The position numbers were made by a program, and so were the translations under genes. The notes below the pieces were generated by a model that had not been told where the DNA came from, made no database searches, and worked only from the letters and a program-made list of their open reading frames with translations. A stretch of 64,000 nucleotides of DNA from Dehalococcoides sp. JdFR-54 (lineage in GTDB: Bacteria > Chloroflexota > Dehalococcoidia > JdFR-54). The stretch spans positions 4,037 through 68,036 of the forward strand of contig MTNP01000008.1 of the NCBI GenBank assembly GCA_002011475.1, in the 5' to 3' direction. Below are positions 1 to 8,627 of the stretch, piece after piece. Position 1 is the first letter of the stretch. Each line of letters opens with the position of its first letter.

Positions 1-99
1 CACATCAGCCCCCATGTCGCCGAGGAACATGCTAGAAAAGGACGCCGGAGCCAAATGAGTCATGTCAAGAACCCTGATTCCCTCCAGTGGCATGGGCAT
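1..99 (-). CDS. CaiB/BaiF family III CoA-transferase, 5' part only (runs off the window edge)
   Basis: Not in the ORF track. The minus strand reads AAGGAGG then MPMPLEGIRVLDMTHLAPASFSSMFLGDMGADV, the typical CaiB/BaiF N-terminus. Confidence 0.85.
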   Translation of the reverse strand, partial: MPMPLEGIRVLDMTHLAPASFSSMFLGDMGADV

Positions 100-147
100 T
101 TGCTGTCTCCTCCTTGCTGGACTATATCGAGGGCAAGACCCTGCACC

Positions 148-176
148 AAGATATATGCTGCCCGTATAGGTGTCAA
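148..176 (-). promoter_or_regulatory. sigma70-type promoter for the CoA-transferase gene
   Basis: Minus strand TTGACA-17 nt-TATCTT. Confidence 0.6.
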
Positions 177-222
177 GTTGGCTTGGGGGGACGGGCGCCC
201 CTTTGCTCCAAAAGGGAACTTC

Positions 223-1128
223 CTACTGACAACGGCATTTTCGTCCTACTGCGGTGGCCACCGTGGCCAGTTCCCTCATCAGCTCTGCAAACTCAGCAGT
301 CGATATCGTCTGGGCAGCATCGCTGATGGAATCTTTCGGCGAGTAATGGGTCTCTATGATGAGCCCATCAGCGCCACAGGCGATGGCGGCCCGGCTCATG
401 GCTGGCACCAGGCGGGCAGTGCCTGTGCCGTGGCTGGGGTCCACTATCACTGGGAGGTGCGTCTCTCCCTTAAGATAGGGCACGGCGCTGAGGTCCAGGG
501 TGAAGCGTAGCTCGGTGGATAACCCCCTTATTCCCCTTTCGCACAGGATCACCTGGCCGTTGCCTTCCGCCATGATATGTTCCGCCGCCAGCAGGAACTC
601 TCTGTAGGTGGCCGATAGGCCCCGCTTGAGCAGCACTGGCTTCGATGTCCTGCCCACCTCGCGCAGGAGGGGGTAGTTCTGCATGTTCCGGGAGCCGATC
701 TGAAGGCAGTGGGCATATTGGGCCACCAGCTCCACGTCCCGTGGGTCCATGACCTCGGTGACGACCTTGAGGCCGGTCTCACGAGAAGCAGCCAGGAGAT
801 ACTCCAGTCCGACCTTGCCCAGCCCCTGGAAGTCATAGGGTGAGGTCCTGGGCTTGAAGGCGCCACCGCGCAAGATGGTGGCTCCCGCCTCCTTTACCTC
901 ATGGGCAATACGCAGTATTTGCTCAGCGCTTTCAACCGAGCAGGGTCCGGCCATTATCGCCAGCTCCGCCAGGCCCACCTTGACCCCATCTATGTCCACC
1001 ACCGTGCCCGCTGGCCGACCGTGGCGGCTGGTGAGGGGCTGGAGTGGCCTCCGCGGCGCCCTTCCCCGACCAGGAACGGAACGGGCTCCTTTTTCAGTCT
1101 CCCCATGCTCACCTGCGCTGGCTCTCAT
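223..1128 (-). CDS. aroF: 3-deoxy-7-phosphoheptulonate (DAHP) synthase, class I-beta
   Basis: Motifs [53 protein letters not shown]. Confidence 0.95.
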   Translation of the reverse strand: MRASAGEHGETEKGARSVPGRGRAPRRPLQPLTSRHGRPAGTVVDIDGVKVGLAELAIMAGPCSVESAEQILRIAHEVKEAGATILRGGAFKPRTSPYDFQGLGKVGLEYLLAASRETGLKVVTEVMDPRDVELVAQYAHCLQIGSRNMQNYPLLREVGRTSKPVLLKRGLSATYREFLLAAEHIMAEGNGQVILCERGIRGLSTELRFTLDLSAVPYLKGETHLPVIVDPSHGTGTARLVPAMSRAAIACGADGLIIETHYSPKDSISDAAQTISTAEFAELMRELATVATAVGRKCRCQ

Positions 1129-1162
1129 TCTCTTGACCCCCGAGGAGAGTCGAAGTAAGTCA

Positions 1163-1200
1163 AACTGAGAGACCCTCCCGCCTGGGAGGGTCTCTCAGTT
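1163..1200 (-). terminator. attenuator terminator hairpin upstream of aroF
   Basis: Perfect 17-bp stem AACTGAGAGACCCTCCC / GGGAGGGTCTCTCAGTT with a 4-nt loop, between the leader peptide and the aroF start. The U-tract is weak. Confidence 0.75.
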
Positions 1201-1245
1201 GCTTTAGCTATTTAACTGTTTCTTAATTTTCTCTGGATTTCATCT

Positions 1246-1326
1246 TCAGGTCACTCGCCTCCCAGGCCCGTTCGCAAGCGTGCCAAACCAAAAATAGAAA
1301 TAGTAGCTGCTGGCCTGGTCAAGCAT
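1246..1326 (-). CDS. aromatic amino acid attenuator leader peptide MLDQASSYYFYFWFGTLANGPGRRVT (26 aa)
   Basis: Seven consecutive Tyr/Phe/Trp codons. GAAGGT lies upstream. Its 3' part (GCCTGGGAGG) is complementary to the terminator 5' arm and loop. Confidence 0.85.
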   Translation of the reverse strand: MLDQASSYYFYFWFGTLANGPGRRVT

Positions 1327-1344
1327 ATCGACCTTCACGATGAT

Positions 1345-1374
1345 ATGATAACACTAGCCACACGAAGATGTCAA
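1345..1374 (-). promoter_or_regulatory. promoter of the leader-aroF transcript
   Basis: Minus strand TTGACA-18 nt-TATCAT with a TG extended -10. Confidence 0.6.
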
Positions 1375-1668
1375 TAAGACCGAAGACAACTACGCTACAG
1401 AAATCTGCTGCACTGCTCTTGACCGGGGAAACCCAATGAGCTACCCTATTAACCGCCTGCCCGCTGGCCGGTTTTGAGGGCCCGCGACAGTGCCTCTGCC
1501 CGTTATCAATCAGGAAGGCCTGCCAAGAACGGGCATCTCCTGATCAACCTACCGGCGGTGTAGAAGAGCTTATAGGGAAAGGCGACTGAGAGGGGTGGAC
1601 AATATTCTACCTTTACCACCGCGAATCTCGGGGTCCCTATAGAGTTAGCTAGCAATCGGAGCTGCGAC

Positions 1669-2469
1669 ATGGATCTCGCCGAACAAATCAAGACCCGCGC
1701 TCGGGAGCTTTGGCCGGTGGAGGTAGGTATCTGTTCCGCTCTAGCCCTGCCTCTCAACAAGGCTTCGCTGGACAGGATGTTGCCCGGGTGTCGTTCTGTT
1801 GTTTGCATAATGTTTCCCCATGCGGAGACCGCGCTGGCCTCTGCCGACCTTTACGTAAAACAATATGACACCATCTTCTGCTACAATGGGGTGGCTCGCA
1901 TCAGCCACCAGTTAGCCCGCTATCTGGAAATGCAGGGTTATCAGGCGGTAGCAGTCCCAGCCTTCATCCCTTTGGACATGAGTGATGCCACCATGGGGAT
2001 GGTAGGAGCTGTCAATTGGAAACAGGCCGCTGTTGAGAGCGGCTTGGCGAGTTGGGGAAAGAATGGGCTGGCGGTGAGCCCTCTCTTTGGGCCGCGCACC
2101 CGCCTGGGTGGGCTCATCACCACCGCTGAGCTCAAGCTCGACGAAAAGCTGGATTTCTCCCCCTGTATCAACTGTAATTTATGTGTCGAGTCGTGTCCGG
2201 CAGGGGCATTGCTGGGCGATGGCTGGGTAGACAAGAAACTTTGCGCTGACCATGTCTTGTCGTACGGGCTGCGTGCTTTAACGCGGCTTCTCATGGATGT
2301 AGCTACGACTAAAGATGAAGCAAGTGCCAAAAAAGCGATCTACAGTTACCGCACCCGCGAGCTCTGGCAGGCGCTTGAGACGGGAAACTATTATTACTGC
2401 TGGACATGTCAAAGCGTTTGCCCGGTGGGCAAAGGCCACCCTCCTGCAGATGCGGATTCACAGGGTTGA
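1669..2469 (+). CDS. epoxyqueuosine reductase (QueG)/reductive dehalogenase-like 2x[4Fe-4S] protein
   Basis: WKQAAVESGLASWGKNGLAVSPLFGPRTRLGGLIT plus CINCNLCVESCP and CWTCQSVCP. No TAT signal. Confidence 0.8.
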   Translation: MDLAEQIKTRARELWPVEVGICSALALPLNKASLDRMLPGCRSVVCIMFPHAETALASADLYVKQYDTIFCYNGVARISHQLARYLEMQGYQAVAVPAFIPLDMSDATMGMVGAVNWKQAAVESGLASWGKNGLAVSPLFGPRTRLGGLITTAELKLDEKLDFSPCINCNLCVESCPAGALLGDGWVDKKLCADHVLSYGLRALTRLLMDVATTKDEASAKKAIYSYRTRELWQALETGNYYYCWTCQSVCPVGKGHPPADADSQG

Positions 2470-2738
2470 GACGCTTGAGCAAGGAAAAGGCTATACCATC
2501 GTAGGGAAGTATGATAGGCATAATTAGCGACAAGGGGGAAAAGCATACCCAGGCCCCAGATGTTAGTACCTGCCGGGAAAGCTATCAGGTCCACAGCAGC
2601 CAAGGGAAACCAGGTCTAGAAAAACTTTACCAGAGGGCATCCCAGCCCCAGGTTGGGCCGCCTGAAGGGCACGAAGTCATAGCTCAGGTTGGGTTAGGCT
2701 TCCTGTCGTGATTTCCTTGGCGAGACTGGATGAAAGTC

Positions 2739-2767
2739 TTGACAAATCGGTATTAATGGCCTATTCT
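2739..2767 (+). promoter_or_regulatory. sigma70-type promoter of the TRAP operon
   Basis: TTGACA-17 nt-TATTCT. Confidence 0.65.
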
Positions 2768-2884
2768 ACATCTGTCAAGCTCCCGAAATTATTATCGGAA
2801 GGAGGTGACGAACAGAGAAGCTATAAACAAACTGTATCGTCAGACAAGAGGGGAGGGATTTATGCTTTCAGGAGGTGAATTAGA

Positions 2885-4051
2885 GTGAGACAGAAATGTT
2901 TACTCCTCGTGTTATCCCTGGTACTGGTAGGCAGCTTGCTGGCAGTAGCTTGCGTCAGAGAGACCACCGTAACCAAGACCCAAGTCGAAACCCGAACCGT
3001 AACCGAAGCAGCGGCCGAGATCACGGTAACCGAGACGGTGACTGCGGCCCCGGTCACAGTAACTGAAACTGTAAAAGAGACGGTCACTGTCACTGCCACA
3101 GCCCCCCCACAGCCCGTCATTATGAGGGTGACCTCTGATGCGCCGGCAGCCCCCCACCCCAAAGGCGCCGCTATGGATTGGTTCAAGGCAGAGCTGGAGA
3201 AGCGGATCCCGGGGAGTGAGGTGAGGCTCTACCCCGCCGGTTCTCTGTATACCGACCCCGATGCCGTCGAGGCCCTGGCCCTGGGCACCCTGGAGGCATG
3301 CTGGGGGCAGGCGGGCAAGATCTCAGGGTTTGAGCCTAAGGCCTCCATTTTCGCACTGCCGTTTCTCCTCACCAGCAAGGAAGCCGTGTTAGCCCTGCCC
3401 GATAGCGAGCTGGGGAGGTATATCAGCGACCTCATGGAGACCAAGGGCATCAAGACCCTGGGTTACGGATACGTGAGCACCTACCTGGGTATGTGCAGCA
3501 CCTATCGTATCACCACGCCAGATGACCTGAAGGGCAAGAAGTTCAGGGTCTTCGTGAAGTTGACCCAGGAGCCGATGATGGAGGCCCTGGGGTGCTCACC
3601 CACCACCCTGGCCTGGGCCGAGGTGCCCAGCGCCCTGGGCTCCGGGGTGGTCGATGGTGTTTGCACCTCTACCGGTGGCTGGCGCAAGATCAAGGACTTG
3701 GCACCATACTACACCACCCTGGGCTATGGCGGCTTCGGCACAGACCTCTATCCCTTCTGGGTCAGCACCAAGTGGTGGAATACCTTGACCCCCGAGACCC
3801 AGGCTGTCATCGCTCAGACTGCCTACGAGGCCTGCCTCTACGAACAGGAGCTGCAGGACAAGGACGACCAAAGGATGCTGGATGAGTATGGCACCACGGA
3901 TCCCACCAAGCCGGGGATCTACGTCCTCAGCAAAGAGGAGGCCGAGGCCTTCAGGGCCCTCTGGGTGCCAGCGGTGTATGACAAACTTGCAGCGGTCGTG
4001 GGCAAGGACCTGGTTGCCATGGCCGTAGCCTTTGCCGAGCAGTTTAAGTAA
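2885..4051 (+). CDS. dctP: TRAP transporter substrate-binding lipoprotein (DctP family) with Thr/Val-rich linker
   Basis: Lipobox LAVAC; DLKGKKFRV; LAWAEVPSALGSGVVDG; adjacent to dctQM. Confidence 0.9.
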   Translation: MRQKCLLLVLSLVLVGSLLAVACVRETTVTKTQVETRTVTEAAAEITVTETVTAAPVTVTETVKETVTVTATAPPQPVIMRVTSDAPAAPHPKGAAMDWFKAELEKRIPGSEVRLYPAGSLYTDPDAVEALALGTLEACWGQAGKISGFEPKASIFALPFLLTSKEAVLALPDSELGRYISDLMETKGIKTLGYGYVSTYLGMCSTYRITTPDDLKGKKFRVFVKLTQEPMMEALGCSPTTLAWAEVPSALGSGVVDGVCTSTGGWRKIKDLAPYYTTLGYGGFGTDLYPFWVSTKWWNTLTPETQAVIAQTAYEACLYEQELQDKDDQRMLDEYGTTDPTKPGIYVLSKEEAEAFRALWVPAVYDKLAAVVGKDLVAMAVAFAEQFK

Positions 4052-4059
4052 ATATCCAA

Positions 4060-4098
4060 AATGTGAGGCTGATGGGTTAACCCCATCAGCCTCACATT
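4060..4098 (+). terminator. stable intercistronic hairpin after dctP
   Basis: 17-bp perfect stem AATGTGAGGCTGATGGG / CCCATCAGCCTCACATT. Confidence 0.65.
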
Positions 4099-4164
4099 AC
4101 ATCCCCCCGATCTGGTGGAGACTATGCGTGATGTTTTTGCATGAATAGTCTCAGAAGGTAATGT

Positions 4165-4716
4165 ATGTTTATCAGGGTGCTTAAGAGGATAGGCCAGGCG
4201 GCGAATTTCGTAGAGGATCGTCTCATAAGATACCTAGCTGCCTTTGGCATGCTGGCTGTTGTCCTGGTAGCCCTGGTGGAGGTTTTCAGGAGGTATATCT
4301 TCGCCCGTTCCTTCCTCTGGCACTCGGATTTCGTGATCTACTTCATGTTGATGTCCTTCTTCCTCTACCTCGGCTTGGCCTTGAAAGAGGGCGCCCATCT
4401 CAGGGTTACCGTTTTTATACTGCTTTTTCGCAGGTTCTTTGGCGTCACAGCCGAAAGGGTGCTGGAAACCATCGTCAGCTTTGTAGGATTCGTCTACTGC
4501 CTATCTTTTACCTGGTTTGGCGCCAATCTATCCATGAAGACCTACGAAATAGGGAGGGTGACGGAGGGTGCCTACTATCCCTTCTGGGTGATTTTTTCGG
4601 TTCTCACCGCGGGCTTTTTCTTGCTGGGTATCCGCTACGCAGAGCAGTTCTACCTTCACATCAAGGGTCAGGTGAGCAAGGTTTCACCTGGAGGTGAGGA
4701 GCCCAAAGAGTGCTAG
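4165..4716 (+). CDS. dctQ: TRAP transporter small permease
   Basis: Four TM segments, EVFRRY and GAHLRV motifs. Confidence 0.9.
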   Translation: MFIRVLKRIGQAANFVEDRLIRYLAAFGMLAVVLVALVEVFRRYIFARSFLWHSDFVIYFMLMSFFLYLGLALKEGAHLRVTVFILLFRRFFGVTAERVLETIVSFVGFVYCLSFTWFGANLSMKTYEIGRVTEGAYYPFWVIFSVLTAGFFLLGIRYAEQFYLHIKGQVSKVSPGGEEPKEC

Positions 4717-6002
4717 CCCTGGTCTTGACCTTCCTCTTCTTCCTAATTATGGGCACTCATCTGGGAATCGCCCTGGCCCTGGGTGGTGTCGCTTGTGTGT
4801 ACCTCGTCACCGGTTATAGCTTCGATTTTGTGATCCAGTCCTTTCTATTCTTCCTGCATAAATACCCCCTTATGGCCGTCCCTTTCTTTATCCTCGCTGG
4901 CTTCCTGATGGAGAGGACCGGGCTCATCCGGCAGATCTTTGACTTCGCCGAGAGTCTTCTCAAGTTCCTGCCCGGAGGGCTGGGGGCGGCTGCTATGGCC
5001 ACCTGCATGGTCTTTGCCGCCATCACCGGCTCCAGTGTGGCCATGGCCTCCGCCATGGCGGTAATCGCCATCCCCGTCATGAGGCAGCGCGGCTATGATG
5101 AAGCCCTTGCCTCGGGGATAGTCTGCTCCGGGGGAACCCTGGGGCTTTTGATCCCTCCCAGCATAACCCTCATCGTCTACGGGGTCATAACCGAGACCTC
5201 CATTGTCCACTTATTCATGGCGGGGATGGTCCCCGGGGTAGTCTTGGGCAGCCTGTTCATCGGGGTGATCATTATTATCGCCATCAGGAGGGGGTTTCGC
5301 CCGGAGCCTACCGAGCTCAAACGCATAGGCACGACCTTCGTCCGAGCTATAGGGGGGCTTCTCTTCCCGGTCCTGGTGTTGGGCGGCCTCTACGGCGGGG
5401 TGTTCACCCCCACCGAGGCCGGGGCCGCCGCCTGTGGGTATGCCCTCCTCTATGGGCTCATCACGGGCAGGCTCAACTTCGCCAAGAAACTGCCCGAAAT
5501 TCTCACCTCTTCGTTGCAGTTAACAACCGTGGTGTTCCTCCTCGTGGGCGGGGCTGGGATCTTCGTTAAGGTCGCCGCCATCGAGTACATACCTCAGCAC
5601 TTCGCTGAGTTCATAATCGGACTGGGTCTTACGCCGCTTACCTTTGTATTTGCCTACATGGTGGTCCTGTTGATCCTGGGCTGCTTTCTCGATGCCATGG
5701 GGATGATCGTCCTTACCGTGCCCATCATTTTCCCGGTGGCCATGACCCTGGGCATCAACCCCCTTCACTTGGGTGTCCTCATCACCATCAATTCCGAGCT
5801 GGGCTGCATCACCCCTCCCGTAGGCCTTAACCTCTACGCGGTGAGCGGCCTCTCCAAGATACCAATAGCCACGGTTCTTCGCGGCTCTCTCCCCTTCTTC
5901 CTGGTGGGATTCGCCTTTTTGATCTTTATGGTCTTTACTCCCACCCTGGCCCTGTGGTTCCCTCACCTCATACATCCCCCCATCGTGTGGGGCGGTGGCT
6001 AG
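4710..6002 (+). CDS. dctM: TRAP transporter large permease
   Basis: AVPFFILAG, GSSVA, LIPPS, TPTEA, ITPPVGLNL. Confidence 0.95.
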   Translation: MLALVLTFLFFLIMGTHLGIALALGGVACVYLVTGYSFDFVIQSFLFFLHKYPLMAVPFFILAGFLMERTGLIRQIFDFAESLLKFLPGGLGAAAMATCMVFAAITGSSVAMASAMAVIAIPVMRQRGYDEALASGIVCSGGTLGLLIPPSITLIVYGVITETSIVHLFMAGMVPGVVLGSLFIGVIIIIAIRRGFRPEPTELKRIGTTFVRAIGGLLFPVLVLGGLYGGVFTPTEAGAAACGYALLYGLITGRLNFAKKLPEILTSSLQLTTVVFLLVGGAGIFVKVAAIEYIPQHFAEFIIGLGLTPLTFVFAYMVVLLILGCFLDAMGMIVLTVPIIFPVAMTLGINPLHLGVLITINSELGCITPPVGLNLYAVSGLSKIPIATVLRGSLPFFLVGFAFLIFMVFTPTLALWFPHLIHPPIVWGGG

Positions 6003-6014
6003 TCTCCGCCCAGC

Positions 6015-6043
6015 TTGACTGGCTAACCGGGCTGCGGTAAAAT
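6015..6043 (+). promoter_or_regulatory. promoter of the glycyl radical enzyme gene
   Basis: TTGACT-17 nt-TAAAAT. Confidence 0.6.
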
Positions 6044-6090
6044 GCGCCTCGTAGGCGATTGTTGCCCGATCTAGTTTGAGAGGGGGTAAT

Positions 6091-8537
6091 ATGGTCGAAG
6101 TATTAGTTCCCACAGAGATCGGCCCCGACTATGCGCCGCCAGCCAGCCCCAGGGTGGAGAGGCTGCGAGATAGCTTAGTTGCTATCAGAAGGTACGATAC
6201 CTGTAGCGAGCGGGCTTTACTGGTAACCGAGTCATATAAGGAGACGGAGGGACAGCCCTATATCATCAGGAGGGCTAAGGCCTTCGATAAGCTGCTCCGG
6301 AATATGACCATCTTCATCCTCGATGATGAGCTCATCGTCGGCCACAGGGCCAGCATGCGCAAGGGAGTGCCCTTCTGTCCAGAAATAGATGTGGACTGGA
6401 TAGAGAAGGAGCTGAACAACCGAGAGAGAGACTCCCTGAGCGGGAGCTGTCCGACCTGTATCGAATTTCTGACAGGGTTAAGGAGGACCTGAGAAAGGTC
6501 GTCATCCCCTACTGGAAGGGAAAGACGGTAAGAGACGCCCGCGATGAGCTGCTCGCCAAGGAGATCAGGCTCGCCAAGGAGAACGGCTTGTGGTTGGAAG
6601 GGGTGGATATGGGGGGCCAGGGGCGTATGATCCTGTATCCGCACCGGGTGCTGGAGGTGGGGCTCAAGGGAATCAAGGCTGAGACCCAGAAGAGGCTTGA
6701 CGAGGTGAACATCGCCCACGACCCCGAAGCCTACCGCAAGACCCTCTTCTGGAGAGCAGTGATTATGTACAGCGACGCTGCCATTGCCTTCGCCCATAGG
6801 TACGCCGAGAAGGCCAGGGAACTGGCCAAAAGGGAGTCAGATGTTCAGAGGAAGGCCGATCTGGAGAGGATAGCAGAGGTTTGCCAGTGGGTGCCCGAAA
6901 ATCCGGCCCGAACCTTCCACGAGGCCCTGCAAACCGCATGGTTCGCCTTCCTCCTCGCCGGACTCGATGACGATGCCGACGCCTTTGGCCTGGGCCGGGT
7001 GGACCAGTTCCTGTATCCCTATTATAAGAGGGACCTGGAGGAAGGGCGGCTCACCCAGGAAGAGGCCCAGGAGCTCTTGGATCTCTTCTGGATAAAGTTC
7101 AACGAGGCCCACAAGGCCCGGCCGGAAAGCCTGCCCCCGGGCAAGGACTCCCACGGTAAGATCGGCAAGGCGGGGGATCCCCTCTTCAACCATATGACCA
7201 TCGGCGGCATTACCGCAGATAGACAGGATGCCACCAATGACCTCACCTATATGATCCTCGCCGCCCGCGAGCATATCTTCCCCCTCCCCTATCCCAACCT
7301 TTCCCTCCGGGTTCACCCCCAAACCCCTAAGAGGTTGCTGATGAGAGCCCTTCAGGTCACCGCCAAGTGCGGGGGGTTACCTCAGTATTGCGGGGACAGC
7401 GGCATCATCAAGTCGCTCCTCAGCCGGGGGATATCTCTGGAGGATGCTCGCGACTACACCGCCCATGGCTGCTCCATCTTCAGCGCCCCGGGCCTTTACG
7501 GTAGATGGCATGTCACCTTCCCCAATATCACCAAGCCCCTGGAACTGGCCTTAAACAACGGGGTTGACCGACTCACTGGGGCCCGGATCGGGCTCCCCAC
7601 CGGCGACCCCACCACCTTCAGCTTCGAAGACCTGTTCCATGCCTTCACCAAGCAACTGGACTACATGCTGGAGCTGTCCTCTCAGGAGGTGGCTGTCACT
7701 CAAAAGGTCATGGAGGAGAAATTCCCCCTAGTGTTCACCTCCATCTTCGTGCCCGATTGTCTAGAGAAGGGCAGGGACATAACGGCGGGCGGTGCCCGCT
7801 ATGAGTGGGGCAACGCCATGGCGGGGATGGGAGCCATCACCGCCGGAGACTCCCTGGCGGCTATTAAGAAGCTGGTCTTCGACGAAAAGAGGGTCACCAT
7901 GTCTGAGCTGCTGGAGGCCCTGGACGCCGACTTCCAGGGCAAAGAGGAGCTGCACCAGCTTCTCCTCAACGCTCCCAAATACGGCAACGACGATGATTAC
8001 GCAGACTCCATAGTGAAAAGGGTGTGTGATACCTTTTGTCGGGAGGCCCAGAAATACCCCACCCCCAAGGGGAAGATGGAGCCGGAGTTCCATTCGGTAA
8101 CCCTGTCCGTGGCCTTGGGGTTCCACACCGCCGCTTCCCCGGACGGCAGGAGGGCCTGCAAACCCCTGAACCACGATATGTCGCCCACCGCCGGATGCGA
8201 CCGCAGCGGCCCCTCTGCAATGCTGAAATCGGCCAGCAAGATCGACCAGAGCGCCACCGTTACTAGCTCCTTGCTTATGACTGCCGACCCCAGCATAGTC
8301 TCCCGGGAACGGGATCTGGAGAAGTTCGCCAGTCTGCTGTGGACTTACTTCAATGTCCTAGACGGCACCAATGTGCAGCTCAATTTCCTATCCACGGAAA
8401 CCTTACGAGATGCCCAGCTTCACCCCGAGAAGTACCCCAACCTAGTGGTGCGGGTAGCTGGATTCAACGCCTTGTTTGTGGAGCTAAGCAAGCCTGTTCA
8501 GGATTACATTATCGAAAGGACCTGCCATAGCGTCTAG
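6091..8537 (+). pseudogene. glycyl radical enzyme (PFL2/dehydratase-like superfamily), frameshifted at a (GA)5 tract near 6422-6431
   Basis: The N-terminal ORF carries ERALLVTESYKETEG...RRAKA...DELIVG. A shifted frame continues IPYWKGKT...LGRVDQFLYPYY...PKYGNDD...LVVRVAGF. Removing one GA unit gives one ORF of about 814 aa. Confidence 0.85.
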
Positions 8538-8557
8538 TCTAAACTGAGAACAGCCAT

Positions 8558-8593
8558 TGGCCTGGTCAGGAGGCTGGCGCCCTGACCAGGCCA
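8558..8593 (+). terminator. hairpin between the GRE and its activase
   Basis: 13-bp stem TGGCCTGGTCAGG / CCTGACCAGGCCA followed by GCATTTT. Confidence 0.6.
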
Positions 8594-8627
8594 GCATTTT
8601 GAGACATCATCGGGCTATTAAGGCAAG

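Noticed and set aside
55-510. Plus-strand ORFs 55..510 and 87..326
   Set aside because: Antisense to aroF and to the CoA-transferase start; no recognisable motifs.
1669-2469. Respiratory reductive dehalogenase (rdhA)
   Set aside because: Too short, no twin-arginine signal and no rdhB; the same applies to 9609..10496.
2470-2730. Short ORFs between the QueG-like gene and dctP
   Set aside because: Short, on both strands and without recognisable similarity; possibly a decayed fragment, but I cannot support that.
2960-3110. Repeat array or CRISPR-like periodicity
   Set aside because: Degenerate codon repeats of a Thr/Val linker inside a CDS; no identical repeats with spacers and no cas genes.
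6490-6492. Selenocysteine read-through of the TGA ending the first GRE ORF
   Set aside because: Homology continues in a different frame from about 6432, so this is a frameshift rather than stop read-through.
6091-8537. Calling the GRE pyruvate formate-lyase or benzylsuccinate synthase
   Set aside because: It lacks the PFL Cys-Cys pair and the BssA-type Cys loop, and no small-subunit genes are adjacent.
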